This document shows, piece by piece, positions 8,888 through 19,093 of a stretch of DNA of 32,000 nucleotides. The stretch is from Nitrosococcus oceani ATCC 19707 (GTDB taxonomy: Bacteria > Pseudomonadota > Gammaproteobacteria > Nitrosococcales > Nitrosococcaceae), in the NCBI RefSeq assembly GCF_000012805.1, contig NC_007484.1, forward strand, positions 3,420,001-3,452,000, given 5' to 3'. The notes beneath the pieces were generated by a model. That model was given only the letters and a program-made list of their open reading frames with translations. It did not search any database and was not told the origin of the DNA. Made by a program: the position numbers and the translations under genes. Position 1 is the stretch's first letter, and each line of letters opens with the position of its first letter.

Positions 8888-9056
8888 TATGACTAAAAAG
8901 AGGTTCAACTGAAGGGTTAAGAATATCCTACCCTCCAATTTCTATACTTTAATTTGGTAAATCCCGCAATTAAAAAAACCCGATAAGCTCAATTCCAGCT
9001 GGTGATGAATCTACCCGTTGACAGGTAGAGCGAAAAATAAAACAAGCAGGTTAAAG

Positions 9057-9133
9057 TGGTCGGGGTGACTGGATTTGAACCAGCGACTCCTGCCTCCCGA
9101 AGACAGTGCTCTACCAAGCTGAGCTACACCCCG
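9057..9133 (-). tRNA. tRNA-Pro (anticodon CGG)
   Basis: Hand-folded 77-nt cloverleaf on the minus strand. Acceptor CGGGGTG/CACCCCG, D stem GCTC/GAGC, anticodon stem CTGTC/GGCAG with loop TTCGGGA (anticodon CGG), T arm GCTGG-TTCAAAT-CCAGT, discriminator A and an encoded CCA. Confidence 0.9.
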
Positions 9134-9139
9134 ATATAT

Positions 9140-10108
9140 TTAGTAGGTCCGATAGGCTGCAAATTTTGCTAAATTTAACAAGGCTTCTTGATAGGGCGAA
9201 GCGGGAATGTTTTTAACCGCTTGCATGGCCTTATCGGCCTCTCGACGAGCCGCTTCCGCAGTGTACGCAATAGCCCCGCTAGATTCAATAGCCTCGATGA
9301 CTTCGGCTAAATTCTCCCTACCTCCACTTTCAATAGCATTGCGGATCACCTTAACGTGCGAGGTGCTCCCCTTGCTCATGGCGTAAATAAGCGGCAGGGT
9401 AGGCTTGCCTTCCGCCAGATCGTCGCCGATATTCTTACCTAAATCCTCACTGAAAGAGCTATAATCCAGCACATCATCAGTCAACTGAAAAGCCGTTCCC
9501 AAATGCATACCGTAAGCAGCCATCAGCTTTTCCTCAGCGGAGGGCCGATGGCAGAGTACAGCGCCTAGCTGGGTAGCCGCCTCAAACAGCTTTGCGGTCT
9601 TGCTGCGGATAATCTCCAAATAACACTCTTCAGTGGTATCCGGCTCATGACAGTTGAGGAGCTGCATGACCTCGCCTTCAGCGATGGTATTGGTCGTGCG
9701 GGCCAAAATCTCCATGACCCGCATGCTATCCACCCCTACCATCATTTCGAAGGCACGAGAATAAAGGAAATCGCCAACCAGTACGCTCGCCTCGCTACCC
9801 CAGATGTTATTAGCTGTTTTTCGCCCTCGCCGCAGATCGGAAGAATCAACGACATCGTCATGGAGTAAAGTTGCGGTGTGGATAAACTCAATAATAGCGG
9901 CGATATCAATATGGTATGAGCCCTGGTAACCAAAGGCTCGTGCGCTCAATAAAACCACCATGGGGCGCAGGCGCTTACCGCCGCTGTTGATGATATAATG
10001 TCCCAGCTGGTTGATAAGCACCACGTCAGAATGCAGCCGTTGCTGGATCAAAGCATCGACGGCCTGCATATCATCAGCAACTAAATCATAGGCGGATTGT
10101 ATGTCCAA
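9140..10108 (-). CDS. ispB: octaprenyl-diphosphate synthase (trans-polyprenyl diphosphate synthase)
   Basis: Both DDxxD motifs are present (LLHDDVVD and FQLTDDVLD). The track ORF (345 aa) begins at a far-upstream TTG. A TTG giving MDIQSAYDLVADDMQAV yields about 322 aa, the usual IspB length, so the start is uncertain by about 23 codons. Confidence 0.88.
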   Translation of the reverse strand: MDIQSAYDLVADDMQAVDALIQQRLHSDVVLINQLGHYIINSGGKRLRPMVVLLSARAFGYQGSYHIDIAAIIEFIHTATLLHDDVVDSSDLRRGRKTANNIWGSEASVLVGDFLYSRAFEMMVGVDSMRVMEILARTTNTIAEGEVMQLLNCHEPDTTEECYLEIIRSKTAKLFEAATQLGAVLCHRPSAEEKLMAAYGMHLGTAFQLTDDVLDYSSFSEDLGKNIGDDLAEGKPTLPLIYAMSKGSTSHVKVIRNAIESGGRENLAEVIEAIESSGAIAYTAEAARREADKAMQAVKNIPASPYQEALLNLAKFAAYRTY

Positions 10109-10227
10109 TGGTATCTCAAAACCAATTAATATGAGGCAAAATGAGCGAATGCTAGAAAGCGGTGCGCTCGCTGTCAAGTAATAATGCTCTCATTTATTTA
10201 AAACGGCATATAATACCACTAATTGAC

Positions 10228-10256
10228 TTGACCACTCGAATAAGCAATTTTAAAAT
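10228..10256 (+). promoter_or_regulatory. candidate sigma70 promoter of rplU-rpmA
   Basis: TTGACC (10228-10233), a 17-nt spacer, then TAAAAT (10251-10256), about 110 nt upstream of rplU. Confidence 0.4.
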
Positions 10257-10363
10257 TACAGTAACTAAATTATTGAGCCAAGCACTTCCATCATTAAAGT
10301 GCTGAATTTTACTCCCTTTCTATCCACCGAGGGGGATAACCCAATTTTCAGGAAAGCACCACA

Positions 10364-10678
10364 ATGTACGCAGTCATTAAAACTGGCGGAAAACAGTACC
10401 GTGTCCAAGAAGGAGACACCCTCCGGGTGGAGAAAATCAATGCCGATGAGGGTGCCACTATTACGCTTGATGAAGTGCTTTTAGTCGCTAATGAAGATAA
10501 TATTCAAGTAGGTGCGCCCTATATTGAGGGTGGCAAGGTGAGTGCAACCGTTAAAACCCATGGCCGGGGCGAAAAGATTAGGATCATTAAACTCCGCCGC
10601 CGTAAGCATCATCGTAAGCGGATGGGACATCGGCAATATTTTACGGAGCTGCATATCGATAATATCTCCACAGGTTAA
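10364..10678 (+). CDS. rplU: 50S ribosomal protein L21
   Basis: [25 protein letters not shown]... is the canonical L21 sequence (104 aa). Confidence 0.97.
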   Translation: MYAVIKTGGKQYRVQEGDTLRVEKINADEGATITLDEVLLVANEDNIQVGAPYIEGGKVSATVKTHGRGEKIRIIKLRRRKHHRKRMGHRQYFTELHIDNISTG

Positions 10679-10697
10679 AGCAAGATAAGGATTATAT

Positions 10698-10955
10698 ATG
10701 GCACATAAAAAGGCAGGCGGCAGTTCCCGCAACGGGCGCGATTCTGAATCCAAACGTCTTGGAGTTAAACGATTTGGTGATCAGCAAGTATTGGCCGGGA
10801 ATATTCTGGTTCGTCAGCGGGGTACTCCTTTCCTCGCGGGAATTAACGTGGGAACAGGCCGCGATCATACCTTGTACGCCAAAGCAGCGGGCAAGGTTCA
10901 GTTTGTTAGGAGAGGCCCAAAGAGCCGCACCTACGTGGACGTCGTCACAAATTAA
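10698..10955 (+). CDS. rpmA: 50S ribosomal protein L27
   Basis: [29 protein letters not shown]... is the canonical L27 sequence (85 aa). Confidence 0.97.
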   Translation: MAHKKAGGSSRNGRDSESKRLGVKRFGDQQVLAGNILVRQRGTPFLAGINVGTGRDHTLYAKAAGKVQFVRRGPKSRTYVDVVTN

Positions 10956-10997
10956 CAAAGCTTGCGCCCGCGGTGTGAAGGGCTTTGTTTTATGGAG

Positions 10998-11022
10998 AAT
11001 CCCCGCACCCGCGGGGATTTTT
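10998..11022 (+). terminator. intrinsic terminator after rpmA
   Basis: GC-rich hairpin ATCCCCGC-ACCC-GCGGGGAT followed by TTTTT. Confidence 0.7.
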
Positions 11023-11060
11023 CGTCCTGCTCTTTAAATTAGGCCTCACCGTTTCCGTAA

Positions 11061-12101
<1,041 letters not shown>

Positions 12102-12107
12102 GGACCC

Positions 12108-13235
12108 ATGGGCAACCATCGCAGCGATTTAAAGGCTACCCGCCGCTGGGTAGTAAAGGTTGGCAGCGCCTTACTCACCGCCAATGGCCGTGGCCTAGAT
12201 ACCGGCTGTATTCAGGAGCTAGCTAGCCACATAGCCCGGCTTAGAAACAAAGGATATACGATTGTGCTGGTATCCTCAGGTTCAGTAGCTGCCGGCATGG
12301 AACGGCTAGGCTGGCGGCGGCGTCCCCGCGCCTTATATGAGCTTCAAGCCGCCGCCGCGGTAGGCCAGATGGGGCTTATTCAAGCCTATGAGAGTGAATT
12401 TCAACATCATAACCAGCACACCGCACAGATACTCCTGACTCATGAGGATTTAGCTAACCGCAGCCGTTATCTTAACGCCCGTAGTACCTTGCGTACCCTT
12501 TTACGATTAGGGGTCGTACCCATCGTTAATGAAAATGATACCGTAGCTACCGAAGAAATTCGCTTCGGAGACAACGATACCCTATCAGCTCTCGTGGCTA
12601 ACTTAGTAGAGGCTGAGCTTTTGGTAATCTTAACCGATCAAGAAGGTCTATTCGATGCCGACCCGCGGCACTACCCCAATGCCAGTTTTATCTCCGAAGC
12701 AGCGGCTAATAAAACCGAGCTTGATGGCATGGCCAATTCGAGGGCTGGAGCCTTGGGGCGAGGCGGCATGATTACCAAGATTAGAGCAGCGCGACGGGCC
12801 GCGCGCTCCGGCGCTATCACCGTTATCGCATCGGGTAAAGAGCCCAAAATTCTACAACGAATCGCCTCTGGCGAGACTGTTGGCACCCTGTTATGGCCTG
12901 ACAGGCAGCCCCTTGCTGCCCGTAAGCAGTGGTTAGCCGGGCAATTACAAACCAAGGGACGCTTATGGCTAGACACGGGGGCAGTCAAAGTAGTCCGTGA
13001 AGCGGGACGAAGTTTGCTGCCCATTGGTGTCCTCGCCTGTGAAGGCAACTTTGCTCGCGGCGAAGTAGTCAGTTGCTTGGATTCGGATGCTCGTGAGATT
13101 GCTTGCGGCTTAGTTAACTACAATGCCGAGGAAACGCGGCGTATCCTCGGCCACTCCAGCCATCAGATTGAGCAAATATTAGGATATGTGGATGAAGAAG
13201 AGCTCATTCACCGAGATAATTTGGTGCTGCTCTAG
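12108..13235 (+). CDS. proB: glutamate 5-kinase
   Basis: 375 aa. Amino-acid kinase domain ([12 protein letters not shown]...[11 protein letters not shown]) plus a C-terminal PUA-like region. Conserved obg-proB synteny. Confidence 0.95.
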   Translation: MGNHRSDLKATRRWVVKVGSALLTANGRGLDTGCIQELASHIARLRNKGYTIVLVSSGSVAAGMERLGWRRRPRALYELQAAAAVGQMGLIQAYESEFQHHNQHTAQILLTHEDLANRSRYLNARSTLRTLLRLGVVPIVNENDTVATEEIRFGDNDTLSALVANLVEAELLVILTDQEGLFDADPRHYPNASFISEAAANKTELDGMANSRAGALGRGGMITKIRAARRAARSGAITVIASGKEPKILQRIASGETVGTLLWPDRQPLAARKQWLAGQLQTKGRLWLDTGAVKVVREAGRSLLPIGVLACEGNFARGEVVSCLDSDAREIACGLVNYNAEETRRILGHSSHQIEQILGYVDEEELIHRDNLVLL

Positions 13236-13245
13236 CTATCTTCAA

Positions 13246-13509
13246 TCATGACATTGCGCGAATCTGAGCGTTCAACCGGCTTTTATGCCGAGCCGCTTTG
13301 TTAGGATGAACCAGTCCTTTACGCGCCAAACGATCCAATATCGGAACAGCCTCTTTATAAGCCGCAGCCGCCTGCGACTTATCGCCGGATACAATAGCTT
13401 TCACAATTTTCTTCACATAAGTCCGCATCATAGAACGCTGGCCTGCATTGCGGACACGGCGTACTCCCGCTTGGCGAGCACGCTTGCGGGCTTGTGATGT
13501 ATTGGCCAA
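13246..13509 (-). CDS. rpsT: 30S ribosomal protein S20
   Basis: [23 protein letters not shown]... (87 aa). A TTG start is preceded by AGGAGG; a UUG start is also used by E. coli rpsT. Confidence 0.95.
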   Translation of the reverse strand: MANTSQARKRARQAGVRRVRNAGQRSMMRTYVKKIVKAIVSGDKSQAAAAYKEAVPILDRLARKGLVHPNKAARHKSRLNAQIRAMS

Positions 13510-13638
13510 AACTCCACCTCCTAAAATTTAATAATTAAAAACCGTTTATGATGCCAATTTTTATGGTGATTGTAAATATCCCTCACTAAAATAGGCATCC
13601 TTTATTCTAGAAAAATAATCTATTCTCTAAAGTTATTT

Positions 13639-15177
13639 ATGCGCAGCACCCCCTTACTTAAATCGACTGCTGTAGTCGGCAGCGCTACTCTCCTCTCAAG
13701 AGTGCTTGGTTTTATCCGCGATGTGGTCATCGCCCAAACTTTTGGGGCAGGAGCAGCTGCGGATTCTTTTTTTGTAGCCTTTAAAATTCCCAACTTCCTG
13801 CGGCGTTTATTTGCGGAGGGGGCTTTTTCTCAAGCATTTGTGCCGGTACTCTCAGCCTATCAAGTACGTGGTGATTTCAACGAGATTCAGCAGCTCGTCA
13901 ATCGGGTGGCGGGAACCTTGGGACTGGTTCTACTGCTGGTCACTCTCACTGGGGTTATAGGCGCCCCCTTCTTGGTAATGGTCTTTGCTCCAGGTTTTAT
14001 AGAAGAGCAAGACAAATACGCACTCACTGTCCATCTACTGCGAATAACCTTCCCCTATTTATTATTCATTTCCTTGACGGCTTTTGCTGCCGGTATTCTC
14101 AATACCTATAAACAATTTGGCGTACCTGCCATTACGCCTATTTTCCTCAATTTAGCTCTTATTGCCGCAGCCCTGTGGTTTGCTCCCCAGATGGAAATTC
14201 CAGTGACTGCTCTTGCATGGGGGGTCTTTTTTGCCGGTTTAATACAGCTATTATTCCAATTTCCCTTTCTCGCCCGCTTAAATCTCCTGCCAAAATTCCG
14301 CCCCCGCTGGAAAGATCCTGGCGTGCAGCGGATCTTTAAGCTTATGTTACCCGCCATCGTTGGAAGTTCAGTAGCTCAAATTAATCTGCTTATCGATACC
14401 CTGCTTGCCTCATTTTTAGTCACCGGCAGTGTGTCCTGGCTTTATTATTCGGATCGGCTGGTAGAGTTTCCCCTAGGCGTTTTCGGCATTGCCTTAGCCA
14501 CAGTTATCCTTCCTAGCCTTTCTGAAAAACACGCTCGAGCATCAGGCGAGTCCTTTGCCCGCACGCTCGATTGGGCCTTGCGCTGGGTTTTTCTTATTGG
14601 TGCGCCAGCCGCAATAGGGCTAGCTATACTTGCGGAACCAATCCTTACCACCTTGTTCCAATATGGCGAGTTCGAGAGCCACGATGTTATCATGGCTTCC
14701 CGTAGTCTAATTGCCTATAGCTTTGGCCTACTTCCTTTTATTTTGATTAAAATACTGGCGCCTGGATTTTATGCCCGGCAGAATACGAAAACGCCGGTGC
14801 GAATCGCTATCATCGCCATGATTGCTAACATGGTATTAAACGGAGTCCTTATCTTTCCCCTGGCTCATGCGGGGCTCGCTCTCGCTACTTCCCTTTCCGC
14901 CTGGCTTAACGCAAGCCTGCTCTTTTTCACCTTAAAACGGCAAGGAATCTATCAACCTCAACCAGGCTGGTTGTGGTTTGGCTTACGGATACTTATTGCT
15001 GGTAGTTTCATGGCCGTCACTCTGCTTTGGCTCATGCCATCGCTAACCAATTGGCTAAACTGGGAAGCAGCCGTCCGTACCGCGCACATTATGCTGCTAA
15101 TAGGAACTGCCGTGCTTGTTTATTTTGGCAGCTTACTCCTCATGGGCCTTCGTCCGCGAATGCTAACGTCCGCCTGA
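13639..15177 (+). CDS. murJ: lipid II flippase MurJ (MviN)
   Basis: 512 aa polytopic membrane protein. N-terminus LLSRVLGFIRDVVIAQTFGAGAAADSFFVAFKIPNFLRRLFAEGAFSQAFVP is diagnostic of MurJ. Conserved rpsT/murJ divergent arrangement. Confidence 0.93.
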   Translation: MRSTPLLKSTAVVGSATLLSRVLGFIRDVVIAQTFGAGAAADSFFVAFKIPNFLRRLFAEGAFSQAFVPVLSAYQVRGDFNEIQQLVNRVAGTLGLVLLLVTLTGVIGAPFLVMVFAPGFIEEQDKYALTVHLLRITFPYLLFISLTAFAAGILNTYKQFGVPAITPIFLNLALIAAALWFAPQMEIPVTALAWGVFFAGLIQLLFQFPFLARLNLLPKFRPRWKDPGVQRIFKLMLPAIVGSSVAQINLLIDTLLASFLVTGSVSWLYYSDRLVEFPLGVFGIALATVILPSLSEKHARASGESFARTLDWALRWVFLIGAPAAIGLAILAEPILTTLFQYGEFESHDVIMASRSLIAYSFGLLPFILIKILAPGFYARQNTKTPVRIAIIAMIANMVLNGVLIFPLAHAGLALATSLSAWLNASLLFFTLKRQGIYQPQPGWLWFGLRILIAGSFMAVTLLWLMPSLTNWLNWEAAVRTAHIMLLIGTAVLVYFGSLLLMGLRPRMLTSA

Positions 15178-15211
15178 TGGGGGAAACACTACTTACCGGC
15201 ATTTTAGAAAG

Positions 15212-15260
15212 CCAAAAAAATAAAACGAATGGGCGTGACTTAGTGGTAAAAATCACGCCC
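15212..15260 (-). terminator. candidate intrinsic terminator for cyoE (hairpin shared with the convergent murJ)
   Basis: 8-bp stem GGGCGTGA/TCACGCCC (15231-15238 / 15253-15260). On the minus strand it is followed by ATTCGTTTTATTTTTTT. Confidence 0.45.
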
Positions 15261-15285
15261 GTGGAATTAAGCTTTGTTACCGTAT

Positions 15286-16185
15286 TTATAAAAATTTTGG
15301 TAAATAATGATCTACTAATAAAAATGCAAACAACGCTGCTAGATAGACTATAGAATAACCAAAAGTTTTCATCGCCAACTCGTTGCTGGTATTGCGATAA
15401 AGGACAATAGTAAGGTACACAAAGCGCCCCCCCAATCCTATCGCGCCTACCAAATACAGCAATCCACTCATATGGCTAACGAAAGGCAACAAACTGACCG
15501 CAAATAATAAAAAAGTATAGAGTACGATCTGCTGTTTAGTGAAATCAACACCATGGGTTACCGGCAACATGGGATATTTTGTCCGGCTATACTCTTCTCT
15601 TCGCGCTAAGGCCAAAGCCCAAAAATGGGGCGGTGTCCACACGAAAATAATCAAGAAGAGGAGAAAGGCGTGGACATGCAGCTCTCCCGTAACGGCTGCC
15701 CAACCTAGCACCGGTGGCATAGCTCCCGAAGCCCCTCCCAGCACGATATTTTGCGGTGTAGCTGGCTTGAGGAAGGCTGTGTAAATAATGCCGTAACCAA
15801 TCATAGACGCCAAAGTGAGCCACGCCGTCAAGGGGTTAACCAGGAAATACAGGATTATCATTGACGATAAGCCCAACGTAATGGCAAATGCAAGGGCCTG
15901 CTCCCGGCTAAGTTTGCCAGTTGGCAAGGGGCGCCCTTGAGTCCGATTCATTACGGCATCAGCTTTTTCATCAATTAAATGGTTAATCGCCGCTGCAGAA
16001 GCAGCACCTAGGCCAATCCCAAGGGTGCCAAATAAAAATACCCGCCACGGCGCCAAATCAGGGACGGACAGGAACATACCGACAATCGCGGTAAACACAA
16101 TGAGAGAAACAATACGGGGCTTGCAAAGCACGAGATATTCCCGCCAATTTGTTAAAGCCCCGCGAATTAAGGTAATCGTTGTCAT
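15286..16185 (-). CDS. cyoE: protoheme IX farnesyltransferase (heme O synthase)
   Basis: 299 aa UbiA-family membrane protein (LCKPRIVSLIVFTAIVG, NHLIDEKADAVMNRT). Its start overlaps the COX15 stop (ATGA). Confidence 0.93.
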   Translation of the reverse strand: MTTITLIRGALTNWREYLVLCKPRIVSLIVFTAIVGMFLSVPDLAPWRVFLFGTLGIGLGAASAAAINHLIDEKADAVMNRTQGRPLPTGKLSREQALAFAITLGLSSMIILYFLVNPLTAWLTLASMIGYGIIYTAFLKPATPQNIVLGGASGAMPPVLGWAAVTGELHVHAFLLFLIIFVWTPPHFWALALARREEYSRTKYPMLPVTHGVDFTKQQIVLYTFLLFAVSLLPFVSHMSGLLYLVGAIGLGGRFVYLTIVLYRNTSNELAMKTFGYSIVYLAALFAFLLVDHYLPKFL

Positions 16186-17210
16186 AGTCTTGTAGCTCCT
16201 TGTAATGGATACCCTGTAGGATGGAGCAAATGATTCAAAGTAACGACGGCAAGTAACAATAATGCAGCTACAGCGTTATGCGCTACCGCCAGCGCTAATG
16301 GAATTCCTCCCATAGCGGTGGCAATGCCTAGCGCTGCCTGGATAAGGACTAACATAACAACTATCCACCCGACGCTGCGTAACGCGGGAGTGCCTCGGCC
16401 TAACCCTGCCCGTATACCAAGAGCACTTAGCACTATCAAAACCACTACGGCGCCAATCCGATGGATAACATGAATAGCCACTGCTGCCTCCGGCGCTAAC
16501 CGTCCACCTTCATAATTTTCCCCTAGCGGCTGCCAAAATGTGAAAGCCTCACGAAAATCCATGGTTGGCCACCACTGCCCTTGGCAGGTGGGAAAATCCG
16601 AACAATAGAAGCCCGCATAATTGGTGCTTGTCCAACCTCCAAGGATGATTTGCAGTACTAGCAGAAATAAGCCTATTAATGCCAAAAGCTTAAAAGCTGG
16701 TGAATACCAGATTTTCTCCATAGGGCGTCGTGCCTGTCGCTGCCGCAATGCTAGCCACCAAACCAAGGCTAGAACCGCCATTCCTCCTAGAAGATGTAAC
16801 GTCACAATAGCCGGCTGCACCAAGAGAGTAACGGTCCACATCCCCAACGCAGCTTGCAACCCCACTAATCCAAGTAAAAATAAGGGCAGAGCCACTTTCT
16901 GAGTGGGATCAGAACGGTTACGCCAGGCGGCAATAGCAAGCCCTAAAATCAATAATCCCAAGATACCCGCGAGGTAGCGATGGATCATTTCTTTCCAGGC
17001 TTTAGCTGTCTCCACCGGGCGATCCGGATAGAGGCGATTAGCATGATCAACCTGCTGCTCAGTGGTAGGTGCTAATAGCTTTTGGTAACAACCTGGCCAA
17101 TCCGGGCAGCTTAATCCAGCATCAGAAAGGCGCACATAAGCGCCTACCACCACAACGACCAGGGCTAATAGGCTAGCTGCTAAAGCAAAAACATAAAACC
17201 GGCGACTCAT
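16182..17210 (-). CDS. ctaA: heme A synthase (COX15/CtaA family)
   Basis: 342 aa polytopic protein with conserved Cys/His positions (SCPDWPGCY, HRxxA repeats). It sits between the oxidase assembly genes and cyoE. Confidence 0.9.
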   Translation of the reverse strand: MSRRFYVFALAASLLALVVVVVGAYVRLSDAGLSCPDWPGCYQKLLAPTTEQQVDHANRLYPDRPVETAKAWKEMIHRYLAGILGLLILGLAIAAWRNRSDPTQKVALPLFLLGLVGLQAALGMWTVTLLVQPAIVTLHLLGGMAVLALVWWLALRQRQARRPMEKIWYSPAFKLLALIGLFLLVLQIILGGWTSTNYAGFYCSDFPTCQGQWWPTMDFREAFTFWQPLGENYEGGRLAPEAAVAIHVIHRIGAVVVLIVLSALGIRAGLGRGTPALRSVGWIVVMLVLIQAALGIATAMGGIPLALAVAHNAVAALLLLAVVTLNHLLHPTGYPLQGATRL

Positions 17211-17220
17211 AATTTATATA

Positions 17221-17835
17221 TCACCCTATTTGAGAAACAAACAATAGCCGTTTAAGATCCTTAAGCATATGCTCGGGAGTTTCTTCAGGTGGATAGCTAA
17301 TCACTAAATTACCGATAGGGTCGATGATGTATACCCGCTGCGCCATTAAGGGATCGGGAACATCCGGTAATACAAACTGGTTTACGAATCCTTCCTCGCC
17401 TTTTTCTTCAGAAGCCACAATGAGATCAGGGTGTTGTTCCTGGAGCCAGCCTGATTCATCAAGAAAACTCAGATCATTGGTAACCCACAGACGTTGAATC
17501 CGGTGCATATCCTTGCCTGTAGCCAAACGAATCTGGCGTGTTTCATAAAGATTCTGGCGACAAATCTCATTGCACTCCGCCGGCCCAAGAACCACTAGCG
17601 TCCATTTCTCCCTAAGTTCTTCAATAGCAAGTTTCTTGCTTTCTAAGGTCTCAAGAGTTGCCTCACCAAGGGGCCTTGCTGGGATAATAAGTTCGCCGTA
17701 ATTACGAGTTGCAAACGTCTCTCCCTTCTCTGATCCTTGCAACAGCCACCAGGCTCCTATTATGGGGAGAGCGCATATAACAAAAATAGCCAGGATAATC
17801 CCTTTGTTAGCTGCTTCTAAATTTCTATTACCCAC
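17221..17835 (-). CDS. membrane-anchored thioredoxin-fold/SCO-like protein of the cytochrome oxidase biogenesis cluster
   Basis: 204 aa. N-terminal TM anchor and a CxxxC motif (AECNEIC) after a beta-strand-like WTLVVLGP, as in SCO1/SenC. It occupies the position between SURF1 and COX15 that holds a conserved hypothetical gene in other gammaproteobacterial cox clusters. Confidence 0.55.
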   Translation of the reverse strand: MGNRNLEAANKGIILAIFVICALPIIGAWWLLQGSEKGETFATRNYGELIIPARPLGEATLETLESKKLAIEELREKWTLVVLGPAECNEICRQNLYETRQIRLATGKDMHRIQRLWVTNDLSFLDESGWLQEQHPDLIVASEEKGEEGFVNQFVLPDVPDPLMAQRVYIIDPIGNLVISYPPEETPEHMLKDLKRLLFVSQIG

Positions 17836-17886
17836 CGCTTTATTCTATCCTCTAAACCTCTACTATACCGTTCACTGTCATTAAAA

Positions 17887-18618
17887 TTAGAAATTACGCC
17901 GATATAAAATAACAGATATAATTAGACCAATCAGCGCCAGAGCAAACCACTGAACCGCATAAGCAATATGCTGCTGCACGCTGGTTGGAGGTTCGGGCCA
18001 TTGACGAACAAATCCATAGGACTCTTCGGGAGCCAGTTGGAGAATAAGCGGCTGCAAAAAATAACCTAATTGGGATTGCAGTTGCTCTATGCTCACATAT
18101 TGAACTAGCTTAGGCCAACCGCTCGATTCTCTACTTTCCTCCCCCCCCAGGAAAAAAGGCGCCTGATAGGGTTGCCGCAAAACACCATGGGCGCTAACCC
18201 GTAGATCAGGGGACTCTATCCGTGGAAGCTCCTGCCGATCTAGCTCCATCGGAAGCCAACCAAAGTTAACAAGTATCCCGCTTCCATCTCCATCGTTAAA
18301 CCGTAGTGGTATCAGCACGTGATAACCTGCCCGACCCTTATGGATTTGATTATCTAAAAATATAATATGCTCATTATCAAACCAGCCTTGTGCAATTCCC
18401 CGGCGATATTCACTATCCGGCAATTGTAATCTTTCCTCTCCCACCCGAAGAGAATCACTAATACTCCGCTCTTTAAGAACGGTCTCTATAGTGTGTTTTT
18501 CGCTTGCTCGCTGCAATTGCCATAGACCTAATGAGGCCAAAATAATAATCAAGAGTAGAAAAGCTACCGTAAAACGTAGTTTGGGCCAGGAGACTTTATT
18601 ATTAAACTGAAATAGCAC
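17887..18618 (-). CDS. SURF1-family cytochrome oxidase assembly protein
   Basis: 243 aa with N- and C-terminal TM helices, LGLWQLQRASEK and WFALALIGLII motifs, and a cox-cluster context. Confidence 0.85.
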   Translation of the reverse strand: MLFQFNNKVSWPKLRFTVAFLLLIIILASLGLWQLQRASEKHTIETVLKERSISDSLRVGEERLQLPDSEYRRGIAQGWFDNEHIIFLDNQIHKGRAGYHVLIPLRFNDGDGSGILVNFGWLPMELDRQELPRIESPDLRVSAHGVLRQPYQAPFFLGGEESRESSGWPKLVQYVSIEQLQSQLGYFLQPLILQLAPEESYGFVRQWPEPPTSVQQHIAYAVQWFALALIGLIISVILYRRNF

Positions 18619-18663
18619 GTTTGGGTCGTTAATTAATGAAGGTTAAACTATGATTTATTACGA

Positions 18664-18706
18664 CGCTGTTAGAAATTTAGACCCAAAATCTAAATTTCTA
18701 ACAGCG
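18664..18706. repeat. perfect 18-bp inverted repeat (hairpin) in the SURF1 / DUF2909 divergent intergenic region
   Basis: CGCTGTTAGAAATTTAGA (18664-18681), loop CCCAAAA, TCTAAATTTCTAACAGCG (18689-18706). There are no mismatches. Confidence 0.9.
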
Positions 18707-18830
18707 GGTAAGCAAATATCGGCTATACCGATCTCTTAAAAAAAAATCTGCCTTTCGGCACCGGGAAAAGCCATAATCCCCCGCTGGAATGGGTCTAATT
18801 CCAGGATTTTTTAATCTAATGGAGTGCACC

Positions 18831-19082
18831 ATGATATTTAAATTGCTCATCATCGCTTTTTTTATTTTTGTCCTCTATACCCTAGGAACCGCACTCTTTG
18901 CCCTAGCGCGAAGCAGCGGCCATTCGGATGTGCGAATGGTCAAGGCACTCACCTACCGTGTTGCTCTTTCATTAGGATTATTTGTCCTCCTGATGCTTGG
19001 CTATGCGACAGGAATTATTACTCCGAATACAGCGGCGCCTCCTCCCGCTAAAACAGAAATACAGACGCCTCCTCAACGGTGA
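18831..19082 (+). CDS. twin transmembrane helix small protein (DUF2909/HIG1-like)
   Basis: 83 aa from the ATG at 18831, with a GGAG SD 8 nt upstream. Two hydrophobic helices (IFKLLIIAFFIFVLYTLGTALFAL and ALSLGLFVLLMLGYATGII). It is the only plus-strand gene inside the cox cluster. Confidence 0.7.
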   Translation: MIFKLLIIAFFIFVLYTLGTALFALARSSGHSDVRMVKALTYRVALSLGLFVLLMLGYATGIITPNTAAPPPAKTEIQTPPQR

Positions 19083-19093
19083 ATAGGACATGG

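Noticed and set aside
10109-10177. N-terminal 23-codon extension of ispB given by the track (TTG start at 10177)
   Set aside because: The extension (MTASAPLSSIRSFCLILIGFEIP) has no counterpart in IspB proteins as I know them. A downstream TTG gives the canonical length of about 322 aa. The exact start remains uncertain.
12671-17000. Other embedded track ORFs (12671-13048(-), 14106-14357(-), 14445-14693(-), 15027-15353(+), 15539-15823 on both strands, 16621-16902(+))
   Set aside because: All are antisense to or out of frame within proB, murJ, cyoE or COX15. Their Arg/Ala/Pro-rich composition is typical of shadow frames.
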